DNA of 64,000 nucleotides from Psammoneis japonica (GCA_008632985.1 QPGO01000019.1:124001-188000), one strand, 5' to 3'. Positions 38,301 to 50,900 are shown, numbered from the stretch's first letter. Notes: generated by a model not told the origin, from the letters alone. Numbers and translations: made by a program.

Positions 38301-39152
38301 CAAAGGTGCACACAGCACTGGCGGCAGTTGAGGAAGAAGCCACAGTGGTGGCAGTCATGGCAGAAGGTGCAGAAGATGGTGCAGGAGGGGTGACCAGGCA
38401 AATGAGTGGCCAAGGCCTCGGCAAAGTCTTCAGGAGCAGCACCTGCAGTGGGAGCCGGTGGAGGTGCAGAGCTTGAGGTTTGAGATGACTTTGAATGTGG
38501 AACATTGGACACATCGTCCCAACATGCAAAAGATGGAAAAAGGAACACAGTCTCAACACAGAACGTCATGGTGTCATGGCCATCTGAAATTGCTTTGATC
38601 ACAGCCTTCTGAAGATTGGCGAGGTTTGGACAAATCAGAGAAGCTTCAGGAGTGGCCACAAAGAGAGGAGCTTCATCCACAATCAGACCAATCTGTGTGA
38701 GATCTTCAGTCAGTGCAGCCTTGGGGGTGATGAGGTCTTGAACAATCTTGTGACAGAGAGCAGCAACAGCATCACTCTTGAGGCCTTGAGGAGTGAATCC
38801 ATCCAGAATTTCTTCAGGAGCAGGCATCTTGTTAGAATGAAGGACGTTCAGGCAATGATGGGCATCAGGCAAGTGATGCTGAGGGTTAAATTCAACCAGT
38901 GTCGACTTGATCTTGGTCAAATCGACAGCATTTGGGGTTTTGTTCTTGCCATCATTGTGCGAAAAAAAATCAAATTCCCATGCCAAGCTCTGGTGTGTGT
39001 TCTACGGTGGTCGTTTGATCACAAATCAAGAGGTGAAAAAACAGCTGCAACAATGATGATGATTTCAACAAAGAAAAATCACCAAACCACACAGCGGGCG
39101 TTGCAGCGGATCGGCACAGAGGAAGACAAACGGCACACTGCTGCTCATGACC

Positions 39153-39321
39153 TTGCAGACTGCTGGCATCAGGACAATCCAACAGATGTCTGGGACAGAT
39201 GACAATCGTGTGCTAGATGAGAAAGAAAGTGGGCAAAAGAGAGATCATCGGATCTCTCCGTGCTGTCTGTGCTGGTCTGTCTGACACAAGGGAGTGCACT
39301 CCCCATCTCGGATGTCTGTCA
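39153..39321 (-). repeat. 5' LTR of Copia element
   Basis: Direct repeat of 32231-32399, followed on the minus strand by a PBS-like sequence and gag. Confidence 0.9.
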
Positions 39322-39860
39322 AACACTGGCGCGTGGTTTTCAGAAACAGGTTCGAGCACCCAAACAGGAGAGTCTGCACTGTGGTGGACCATTGGCACCA
39401 TGCACAAGAATGACAATGCATGTCCAATTGAGCTTTGCAGCATGCCCAGCGAATCATGCTGCTCAGTTGAAAAAAGGCGGTGCAGAGCTCTTGAGGAGAA
39501 GAAGCGCATCAAGAAGGGCGGGCATTTTGCTGGCAAAGGTGTCAAGCACAGCAAGAAATTGTGCCCGGCCACCTGTGGTGCACACTGCTTGCCCAAAAGA
39601 TCATGTGCCATGTTGAAGAAAAACACTCATGCAAAGAAGAAGCACACGGAATTTTTTTTTTTAATTTGGCAAAAGAGCAAGTGCAAGAAGAAGTCTTGCA
39701 CCTCCCTGGGCCTGGGTGCCTGTTGCTGTTCCGGAAGAATGGCAACAAGCATGCACAATGTTGAAAGGCTGCAAGTGCTGCAAACACAGAGGAGCATTTG
39801 TTGGAGCTGGCATCAAGTGCCACAAAAAGCCTGCCCCAAGATCTCTGATCCCAAGCAGCC
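39322..39860 (+). pseudogene. Copy 3 (fragmentary) of the GACC-repeat gene, split by the Copia insertion
   Basis: Joining 32214-32230 to 39327 gives GQCFNTGAWFSETG (copy 1: [14 protein letters not shown]). It then jumps to IGTMHKNDNACPI...KKGGHFAGKG...CPATCGAHCLP...GACC...GAGIKC.KKPAP. Confidence 0.75.
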
Positions 39861-40743
39861 ACACCCCAATTGAGAGGTGCAGAGAAGACCTTTTGAAGAA
39901 AATTCTCAGGTTGGCTTTGTTGAGATTGTTTGTCATGTGCGCACAATTTTGCCAAGTCAGTCAACAACAGCGCATGGCAAAAAATTGAGCTGCATGATTG
40001 GCTCTTCACAAGCTGCACTTTTTGCCATGAAGATTGGAAAATGGGGTGAGTGAGTGCATGCCATTTGTGTGTTGTTGTGCTCACAGCAACAAAAGAAACA
40101 AAAGCAATTGCTGCACTCATTTCAAAGGCAGGGCGTTCAAAACTCACAATGCTGCTCTGGCCATTGCTCATTTTTCCAGCTTTCCTTTCTTGTTTGTCAA
40201 CCCTCTTGTGATGACCACATTGTGCCAGCTTCAGTTTGCATCTGTGAGAAAAGTGCCCAGGGGATCCTTGGCTTGTGACACGGTGCTGTAACAACAGACC
40301 CCATTGCATTGACTCATGTGTAGCTGGACTGCAGATCGAAAGAATTTAGTTCAAAAGATGTGACAGTCATGGTCATAGGACAACATGAAAATTTCTCTCC
40401 TGTAACGAAAAGTTTAACGCTTTTCTCTTTGCTTCTTCTACTATTTTTCCTTATGTATATTTCGAGTAATCTGTCTCTCTGACATGGTGAATGCCAGTAT
40501 CGCCCATCATTCACATTCGACTATTTATATGTGAATGAAAATTTGGGTGGATAACACAGTCTTTGTTTTAGATGTCCGGTATTCAATTTTATATTCAGAT
40601 CGCAAGATGTATCAAGGTCTTTTTTCGGCCCCACAAGTCATTCAAAATGCCATTTTCTTGTCGGAACAGGTTACGCAACTTACGCACACGCACAACAAAT
40701 ACCGATAAAACACTTCTTTCTCCGCACTTACGCAGTGTTCACA

Positions 40744-42430
40744 ATGGGTTTCTTAGCAACAACGACCCTCGCTGCTTGCCTTTGCGCAACACCAGTTTTT
40801 GCTACACCTGCTTATCCAGAAGGATGGGCTTCCCCTCAACCAGATGGATTTTCAACGGGGCAAATGGAGCTTCTCGTGGGTAAGTGCGCTGCAATCACAG
40901 AACCATATGCTATACACTTTTTGCGGGTTCTAACACTGACAACCACCACCACATCCGTTTCAACAAAAAGGAACGCCCGAATATCATTTTAGCGTGGCAC
41001 AGGTTCCGGATGGGTTCTTCACAACAATTCGATCTCTTGATGGCTGGGTTACCTATGCTGACCTTGATGACACAGGTGCTCTCACTCCTACGGAATTTGT
41101 TGTCGGTCGAGACGATCCTCCAGTGACCAGTTTAATGCTGGTTGAGGAAGAATCCGTTCGCAACAAAAAATGTTTAGAGAGTGATTATTGTTCTTGGAAG
41201 CTCAATCATGCTACACCGCAGCCAAGACACGTAACTGGAACGGTGAAGAATCTTGTCATCCCGATTCAGTTTAGTAATCATGATGACCGTTTGTTGATTT
41301 CCGAAAAGGATCTAGAAGACGACTTGTTTAACGATGTCGACTTGTCAGTTCAAGATTACTTTTCTGTGCAATCTCAAGACCAGTTCAAGCTTGTTTCGGT
41401 CGTGGCACCGTGGGTCAAGATATCCATGACAGAGGCTGAGTGTGCCAATGGCAAGAGCGGCCTTTCCAACAAGATTCACGAGTGTCTAGAGGAAGCCATG
41501 GACTTGGTGGGTGAACACGTTGATTTTGATGACTTTGATGAGGACGGTGATGGTATGATTGATGCTCTTACGTTTGTTCACAGTGGCTACGGCGCCGAGT
41601 ACGGAGGAGACGATGAGGACTATTCCTACTACACGGACCGAATCTGGAGCCATTCTTGGGAGCTACCGCAAAAGTCCAACGTGCCGTATGCCCTCTTCTC
41701 TGCCTTTCATGGCACTTATAATGGACACATTTCTCGGGTCGGTGTGCCCGTCCATGAGATTGGTGCCATGTTGGGCGCTCCCACGACCTATGGTGACTTT
41801 CCTGGTTTTGGTCTCGGATCGTACGATTCCATGGCCTATCCTTTTGGCTTTGATGGAACAGAATACCACCCGGGAAACATGAGTCCTTACACCAAGATTC
41901 ACATGGGATGGGGGGACGTTATCGAGATTGATGAACCAGGCACCTTTACGGCTGTTGTCGAAAGCGGCACTATTTTCAAAATCACAAAGGGATTCCCGTC
42001 TGGTGAATACTTGTTGATTGAAAACCGCCAATCTGAAGGCTACGACGACGGGATTCGACAAGGAGGAATCGCCATTTATCACGTGGATGAGGCTGCTGGA
42101 TCACAAGCCGGCCATCCCGAGCAACCCGACTACCCTTACAATGGCAAGCACTACCGCGTCGCCTTGCTGCAGGCCGATGGGCGCTTTGACTTGGAACGAT
42201 ATGAAGACGCTGGTGACTCAACGGATCTCTTTCATGGAACAGAGATAAGTGGAGTTGGACCCAATGGACCCATTGTTTCACCAGAAGCCTTAGCGGAACA
42301 TTCCGACGAGTATCCCAACACTATGGCCTATCAAGGTGGACAAATTGAGAATGGTCAATTGACCATTTTCAACATCTCCCCGTCCGATCAAGAAATGACG
42401 TTTGAAGTTACTTGGGATACAGGGAATTGA
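40744..42430 (+). CDS. Secreted M6 (immune inhibitor A-like) metalloprotease homologue with degenerate zinc motif. Exons 40744-40879 and 40971-42430
   Basis: Signal peptide MGFLATTTLAACLCATPVFA. Intron gtaagt...ctaac...aag at 40880-40970. Motifs NLVIPIQFSNH, SVQDYF..QS, FDEDGDGMIDA..FVHSGYGAE, IWSHSW, HEIGAMLGAP, EYLLIENRQ and GIAIYHVDE. Confidence 0.88.
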
Positions 42431-45400
42431 GGACAGTCTTCAACTGTTTTCATTATTTGTTACATTGTATTAATTGCATTTTAAGGTAGAAATCTGGGCC
42501 AATATTTATTAGCTAGTGAAATGTTTTGGCGGGAGTGGCGGAGCAACCGACTTTTCGCGGGCACGCATGCGCACGCGAGATCGACGATTCCATCGACCAT
42601 CGATTGTGAGGTGCAACAGACCAACCATGCAGAAGCATGTTGTCAAAACAATTTGATCAAGGAGCGAAAAATTCTGTTTTCAAATGTGCAGTGGAAATCT
42701 GATTTTGCTTGCAGAGTCCTTGTGTGATGGGTTTGGAAAATCAAAGCACTGCAGACCATGTAAAATGCACTGGTCGTGCCAAACACTTCTTGATGCAAGA
42801 TTGTCAGGAAACAGCTGGAAGAGCATGGCACAAGCCAGGGGCCACAACACTGATTGCATTGGAGAAAGGGTTTGATTTAAATGTACAAATTGATGATGCT
42901 GTCCACGGACAAACAATCGTGCAGGGTTTCTCAATTTTGCCTGAGTTGCCAACATGCGGCAAGCTCAGGTTTGGCAACTCGGCTCTGTGATGAGCTGCAA
43001 CAAGACAATGTCTCTCCATGATAAAACTGCTTTCTAGGGACAACTCCATTTGCAAGCATTGTCATTTTTCCTGTTTCCCAATCAAAAGAAGAGTGTCTGG
43101 CAGAATGCTGTCAAAAGGACTGCAAAATGTGAGGTGGCAAGTCAAAGGAGTTTCCTTGCAAGTCTCAAAAGACTGCTGTGACACCACTCAGTCTGTCCTG
43201 GACCATGGTGCACTCTTGTTGTTAAACAACAACAGACAAAGCAAAGTCACATTCAATTGAATGAGCTTGGTTTTTTCTCTTCAGAAGTTGACTTCATTGT
43301 TGAGATCCAGGAGAAGCTCTCTGCCGGCAAAGCCAGCTGGTTGGAGCTCGAATGTCTGGGCATGTGCACACTTCTTTTGCACTGTCTCACCCAGCACCAG
43401 CTGCTCCAATGCTTCATTGGAATCCTGAGTGATGAGATCATGCAGAACAATGATGGCACCAAGCACAAAAACAAGAGTCATTGTCATTGTGGAATTTGCA
43501 AATGCCAAAAAACGCAAACGCTCTTGTCCAAAAACTTTGCTGCTCAGTTGCTGCCAACAAGCACCACGTGGCTCTGTCGCCAAGGGTGGAGTCATGTGTT
43601 GCAGAATGTTTTTTTGTTGAGATGATGAGATTTTTTTTGCTCACATCAAAGGGGCTTGCTTTTGAAAGCTGTCAAATGCGCAGCATCCTCTGGACTCAGT
43701 TTTGTGTCTTGTGGTGCTCTCAACTTGTTGAGGCAGGTAAAACAGAGGAAAAAGTGCAAAAGCACCCTGTTCAAGGGGGGGGGAGCATTGTTTGTTTGCT
43801 GCCAATCATTTTTTTTCTTTGACGCACTTCACGTGGCTTTCAAATGTGTGAAATCAACTCGTCCTCATGGCACAAACTGAGCAGTCAGCAACAGCAGTCC
43901 TCCTCATGCTCACAGTGGAGCACTGCTGCAAGTGGAGTAAAGTGAAAAAAGTGTGTCACAAGTGTGTCAAGTGTGTCAGTGCACCATGCCCTCATGTGGG
44001 CTCTGCACACAAACTGCACCCGGGTGACACACACTCGTTCACTCATGGGTGACACACTCAAAAACACAAGGGTGAGCCCGTCGCACAAAAACAAAAACAA
44101 AAACGTTTTTTGTTTTTGTGACACACACGACGGCCTCATTGTTGAACAAAAACAAAAACACCCCTTGCATGCATTTCTGCACCAAACCACGCATGTGCGG
44201 AGCCACGCGCTGACAACACTGGCTCCAGACGACCGCAACAAACAAAAGGGGCAAGACACACAATGGCGTGTTTGAATCCATTTTGTGCCGGCAATTTTCA
44301 ATCAATCATGACACAAGTCAATGCAGTCAATGCTGTTGATTGAATGTCATCTGTGGCATAAAAGACAAGGTGAAACATGGTGGCTCATGTGCAGAATGCC
44401 AGTGCAACAGATCGGTGTTGTCAAAAAAGTGCTGCTCTTGTGTCATGTCATCACAAGTGCGAATCACAAGGCGACCAGAGTGATGGCCAAGGCAAAATTA
44501 GGACCTTGTGTGGCTGACAAAAATGTGGCGGATTGATTGGTCACGTTCTTTCCTCCCCTCCACACATCTCATGTGCAGAACACAGCTGATCGTTTCATCA
44601 AGCTTGTGTTGTGTGGTCACAAATGCAAGCCACAAGGCATCCATGGTAAAGGCCAAGGCCACAGTGGAACCGTGTGTGACCAATGTTGAGATGGAGAGTT
44701 TAATGGAAAAGCTTGTTCCTCCCAATTCCACCAGAAGGGGCCGCATTGCGTCGATGTGTCGATGCATCAGTCATGGTCGTCGCTGGCAGTGGATTTGCAC
44801 ATGGCAAGACACGCAGCTGCGTTTTTGTGTGAGCTTTTTTATTTCCACAAAAACGTGGTGTTGTTTTTGTTCACGAGTGCTCGTGAACAAAAACGAAAGT
44901 CTCAGTCGAGCGAGTCAATGTGCAGTTGAATGGGTCAAATGTGTTTTTGTTTTTGTGTGACGACAAGGGAGGGGCTGACACACTTGCAGTGCTGACACAC
45001 TTGTTTGCCAATTTGAATTGCCCCTGACACACTTATTTGCCAATTTCCACAGCCCCCTTGCCAGCACAAAAACAGGTGGAATGCACAAAAATCATGACCA
45101 AATTGATGGCGGAAAAGGGAAAAGTGTGTTGCACAGTGCGATGTCATGCACCAACATCCACGCAACCAGAATTGGATTTGAGTTTTATGTTTAATCCCGC
45201 AGATGTCCCCAGCACTGACCACGTGGATTTCTGCACTGTGCATTGAATCCACACCTTTTCGTACGTGCAGTGTGACGCCGAACCACAAAACATCGAAATG
45301 GCAAATCGACGCCGACCAACAGGTGCTTCATTTCTTCCGCAACCAACTCTTTCTCTCCCCTTGTTTCTGCTCTTCACCAAAACTTGCCAAAAACTCTGGC

Positions 45401-45690
45401 GACATGAAGAATTTAACAGCACTCGTTTTTCTTTTGTGTCTGCCAAATTGTGCCCAGAAAACTGTTTCTGCAGGACTCTGGCACAGATTTTGTGTAGAAA
45501 AATTGTGCGCAAAATGTTGACACACTTGATGACACACTCAATGACACACTTTTTTCCCTTTCCCCCTGCAAGTGGCATGAGCTCTGCTGGCTAGAGAGCA
45601 CTCCCATGGATTGCAACATGTTTTGGCTGGTGCACAGACAGATTTCTACGTGATTTCCATGCACCTCGTAAGAATCACGCAGCGGCAACA

Positions 45691-46087
45691 GACGGGTTCC
45701 AATCCCAGGTGGGACTCCATGTGACATTGGGCCCACAGAATTCCACGTGCAAGCTCCACAGCAAATTCATTGAACAATGAAAACATCAATGATTGCCAAC
45801 AGAAAAAGAGGCAATTTTACAAACGTGTCTCCTCCTTCACACTTGCAGTGCATCAATGACAGCATGCATGGGTGTGTTCTGCAGACATTGAAGAACATGC
45901 CCAGTGCATTTTTGTTGTCACAAATGTTGAAAATAGAAAGCCTTTGGCTTCGCAAAACAGGAAGCATGAAACAATTTTGTAGAATGTCACATGCAGCCAT
46001 CTACGTGCACGACATGCGGCGCGATCCAAAAAACCATTGATGTCACAGTTCAGTGGCGCAAGGTCCCACCTGGAGCTGGAATGCGTC
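45691..46087 (+). mobile_element. MITE / non-autonomous DNA transposon with 4-bp TSD (AACA)
   Basis: Imperfect TIRs GACGGGTTCCAATCCCAGGTGGGAC ... GTCCCACCTGGAGCTGGAATGCGTC. AACA on both flanks. Homologous to 58953-59239. Confidence 0.8.
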
Positions 46088-47921
46088 AACAGCACAAAAC
46101 GTCTGCCCTCCACCCCAATGGTGGCTCCCGCCTGTTTCATGAGGCTCGATTCTTGTGCTTTTGAACTTCATTCAGCACCACATCTGTGCACTCACCACCA
46201 GTCCAAAACACACGAGTGCATCTCCTTCAACTGGAAAGTTGATTGACAGAAGAGTCAAGAAACATCTCTTTCAGAACTTTTGCTCTGTTGACTGCAGGAA
46301 CACCAGCACAATGTGAAGTGTGACGAATCGGGAAACTTGGGTCAAGTCGTCTGCACGGCCAGATTGAAGTCAAAAGGAGGTCCGCAAGAAAATAAAACAA
46401 AGAAAGAGCTGAGAGAGTTGTGACAAAACTTTGAAAAGATGCCTGCTCGATTCCAAGCCAAAGGTGACTTGATGCAAAAAATCAATGCTGCTCATGGCAT
46501 GGAGTGAGCTGAGCAACAAAACCCCGGCCAATCGCACTCGCGCGACACTTTGCAACTCCAACAAGAATGAAGCCCTCCCAACAGCATCTGAACAGTTCCC
46601 GTGGGAGTGATGTTTCTGTCACAAATCTTCTCTGAATCAAACACTGCCAGCACAACCACATGCATGTCCTTTTCCCACCTGCAAATGCTCCTTGAAACCA
46701 ACTGATCCACCACAAATGACGTTGTTGCAACCTGCAAAGATGTTCTCCAAGAGATTGATGTTGTTTGAGCTCCTGATGATGCCATGTTTTCCGGGTTGTC
46801 AAATGGATCAGGGTGTCCATGATGTTGTTGGATGCAGAGAGGTCTTCAAGGAATTTCTTGGAAGGCCACCCAGTTTGCCAGAGAACTCACACACCGTGTT
46901 GACAAATGATCCATGAACACCACTGCTTGCATCATCAACACATTCCATGAAGTGAAGCATGAAGCCCTTTTGTGGGGAAGAATCTGCGTGCAGACTGAGA
47001 AACAAACAGATGAGTGCCGGGCGCTGTCATCTGTTGGAAACACAGCAACCCCACAAGCCGCGACATCCAGAGCTTGCCTCAATCACCGCAAAGAAGTCCC
47101 ACACATCATCACCTCTCATCTGTGTTAATTGTCAAATGAATGATTCACAGGTCAAGGGATGAGAGGAAGGAAACAACAACAAACTCGACGAAACATGCCG
47201 GAATGATGACAACAGCAGCAGACTCACACACCGAAGGAATCGAAATCGATGTTCTTGCGCGGAGCAGCACTTGTCAAAATTGAGTCAACATGCAATGGTG
47301 CCACAGACAAATGTCAACAACATCCTGAGTGACTCACCTTGTGAAAAACGGTGACAACGACGGTGGACGCGACACAAATTCGCCATGGTGGCTGCACAAA
47401 TTCTGTGCAGAATTTTTCGTTTTTGTGCCAGGATCCAAAAAAATCGCACGTTGCAATTTTTTTAAGCTGTGCCAGCCAGCCTGGCACAGCGACATGTTGC
47501 GATCCGTGGGAGGTCTTCTCCTTCTCTCTTTCGCACCACTTGCAGACCTCCCAGTTGGGAGCGGCTAGAGCAGAGAGGAGAGGGAGCACAAACAACAAAT
47601 GAGCACGGCAACGCACGAGGAAGGAAAATCTCAGTCACGAGCGTTGAAATTCCATCTTGAGAAACGCAAGAAAAAACTCTCGGAGTTCGTTCGGATTTCC
47701 GTTGAGATCGCGTTCGCGTTCGCGAGCTTTTGAAAAATTCATGGCGCTCAACCTTTTTTTCCAACCGCGACTGACCAATGACCAACGACCACCGTCGACA
47801 ACGACAACCAACCAACAGCAACTTGTGGGTTCTTGTTGTTTGCCATTTGACCCATTGTCCATGCAATCAACGGCTGCAGTTGTTGTGCGTCGTGCTGCAG
47901 TCGCCGCAACATCTTTTTCGC

Positions 47922-50900
47922 ATGTTCCGAAGGCTTTCCGCCGGCCTTCAGGATTCTCAGGAACTTGCAGCAGAAGTCAAACCAATCTCCTCTTCGTCTT
48001 TTTCACGGCGGTCAAGCTCGGTGGGCGAGATTACCTTGGACCAGCTGAGGCTTGGCACTCTTCCACTTTTTGGTCGCGATGAGGAGATTTCTCATCTGCT
48101 CGAGGCTTGCCAAGATGTGGTCTCACAAGGGCAGACCAACGTTTGTGGGATTGTTGGACCACTGCGCCACTCGTCACCAAAAGAGCTCCCCGTAGAGGGG
48201 TGTTGATCGTTTTGCAATTTATTCAGTGGAACTGCTGAGTTGGCAGTGATGCGCGAGGTGCGCGCAGAATCATCGGAATTGTGGATATTCTCACACTCCC
48301 CAGCGGACGGATCACGGATGGATGTTCAAGGTGAAGGAACTGGAGTGGTCTGGACGTAAGTAACTGAGTCTTGAAGATGATTCGATGTAAGCGTGTGCTT
48401 GATGTGGTGCGTGCCACGTGATGTCAGCGTTGTGACGTTTGACGTTCTGAATGTTGTCTTGTTGAAGATTGAGCTCTTCCCCGCGGTGCAGACATGCGTG
48501 CGAGTAGGGGAGGATCAGCTTTTCGAGATGAGCGAGCGTGCTGAAGGATCTGAAAGTTGGGAATCGAACCCTTGGCCTCCAACGTTATATTGCAACCAAG
48601 TGGGATTATTGGACCACTGCGCCACTCGTCACCAAAAGAGCTCCCCGTAGAGGGGTGTTGATCGTTTTGCAATTTATTCAGTGGAACTGCTGAGTTGGCA
48701 GTGATGCGCGAGGTGCGCGCAGAATCATCGGAATTGTGGATATTCTCACAACGTTGTGTTCCTGTCTGGATACACCGGGGTGAGAGAAATGGAGATGTGT
48801 TTCCGACAATCCTTCCTACATTGTTTATTTTCTCTGTCACACAACTGACAATTCTGTTCGATATGATTTTTCAGGTTGGAAAAACTGCTATTGTCCAACA
48901 ATTTCAAAAACGTAGAAAGAGCACGCGCGTTGGAGAGGAAAAGCAAAGCCTGTGCGCCTCTGGGAAATTCGACCTTCATGCCCGTGTCGAGCCCTACACA
49001 GCGTTCATTTCGGCTTTCACTTCACTCTGTAATGACATTCTCTCGTTTAAAACGGGTCGTCAAGACAGGCTTCAACGAATGAAACGAGGTATTCAAGATT
49101 ATGTTGGAGAGGAGGTAAATTGGATGCGGGGGATCGTCTGCTGTACTTGCACTTTGAGAATCACTCAATTTTTCTGTCAAACTTGGTGTAATCTACAGGC
49201 TCCTCTTCTATCAGACCTTACTCCTAATTTGTACCAGATTCTGGAGATACCCCGTGCAAGTGTCAACTATAATAGAGAAAGTGAAGAACTCGGTTGTAGT
49301 CGAGATAAAAATCGATTCAACTATATCCTTCGCCAGTTCGTTCGTTCTGTCTGTGGATTTTGCACCGTGGTGCTATTCTTGGATGATTTACAGTGGGCGG
49401 ACGCAGCGTCACTGGAGCTTTTAAAGCTGCTATTGCATGATTCTGAATTGAGCAACTTGCTAGTGGTGGGATGCTACAGATCGAACGAAGTGCCAGAGGC
49501 TCATCCGCTGAGATCAATGATTCAAAGCTTAGGCGGAAAAAGCAGCAACGCAAAAGAGGACTCAAGGATTAAGATGAGAACAAGCGAAATCTCGGCTCTA
49601 AATGTTGATGCAATACATTCTCTCGTTTCTTATGTTTTGCGGTCAGACTCGACAAAGACGTACAATCGTTCTGTCATTGTCTACGAGAAGACACTTGGAA
49701 ACGTATTCTTTGCCGTGCAATATCTCAAGATGCTGAAAGACGAAAATTTGCTGACATTTAATCTCGGTAGGCTTTCCTGGTCGTGGGATGTGGAAACCAT
49801 TCGTAAAAGCACCACAGTTGCTGACAATGTGGCTGACATTGTACGAAACAAAATGATGAGCCTTCCTCCCAAGGTCACACACATATTGCAGTTGGCTTCA
49901 TGCCTCGGATCGAAGTTTACCGGTTCTACCATCAAGCTTGGGTCCGATGCTGTATTAAACGTTGAAATCAACGATGGTGTGAAATACCGGAATGCGGAGG
50001 ACTGCGCGTCCTCTTCTGGTATTGTGAGTCTCGAGGACTATTCTTCGGAAGAATGTCTACGTCTTTGCGTCGCTGAGGGTCTTCTGGAAGACTCCACGGC
50101 TCAGAATGAAAACGAAGATGTATATAGGTTTGTTCACGATCAGATACAGGCAGCGGCGTATGCGTTGATCCCTGAAGCTGAACGGGAGCATCTCCAGGTG
50201 CATATCGGAGAGGCCCTCGTCACCAACCTAGCGGAAAGCGCGTTGAACAAGGTTCTATTTGTTACTGTCGACTTGTTGAACAGCGGTAGAGGACTCATCA
50301 CTTGTAAAGAAAAGCAAATCTCACTAGCAAGGCTGAACTTGATGGCTGGGAAGCGTGCGATTGAATCATCTGCGTTCGTTTCCGCGTCTACCTACCTTGG
50401 GAAAGGCATACGCTTGCTGGGCAAAGATCACTGGCAGACGAATTACCAGTTGAGTCTGAATCTTTTTAATGTTATCATCAAAGCGGACTATTGTATTGGA
50501 AAGTTCGATGAAGTGCATGGATACATTGGCGAGGTTTTGAAACAGGAGGAAAGACCTATCATCGAGAAGGTCGATGCCTATTCAATGCTCGTGGAGTCTC
50601 TTGGAACCCAGGAAAGAATACAAGACGCGATCAAGATGTCTGTCAAGGTTCTTGCAAAATTGAGAGCCCATTTTAATCTCAGATTTGTAACAGCGTCTAC
50701 CATATCCGAGATGATTTTAAAACAAAGCGCATGTTGAAAAGCTGCCCGTTACACACGTTGTCAGACCTGCCGGTGATGAAGGACAAGTGTAGGATTAAAG
50801 CGATGCGAATCATGAACAGATGTTGCACCTATGCCTTTGCTTCAAAACCAGAGCTTATGCCGTTGTTGATATTCAAAATGATGCAATGGTCGGTGCAGTA

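Larger units (their letters stand above)
32231..39321 (-). mobile_element. Full-length degenerate Ty1/Copia (CoDi-type) LTR retrotransposon
   Basis: 169-bp LTRs at 32231-32399 and 39153-39321. 5-bp TSD AACAC at 32226-30 and 39322-26. PPT on the minus strand at ~32400-32408. PBS-like GGTCATGAGC. Motifs: protease IDAGA, WHHCLGHPS, integrase DQGGEL...GPVER, RT LQGHPEAG...QVDD, RNase H FVDAAHAN...SSTEAEF...HIDVQHF. Confidence 0.92.

Noticed and set aside
6870..40300. Classical fungal RIP or simple CpG methylation decay as the full explanation
   Set aside because: RIP creates TpA (CA->TA), and 5mC decay only removes CpG. Neither explains the observed TA->TG/CA changes.
48555..48598. tRNA gene
   Set aside because: Only a T-arm/B-box-like piece is visible. 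No full cloverleaf could be built, and it lies inside a TRIM.
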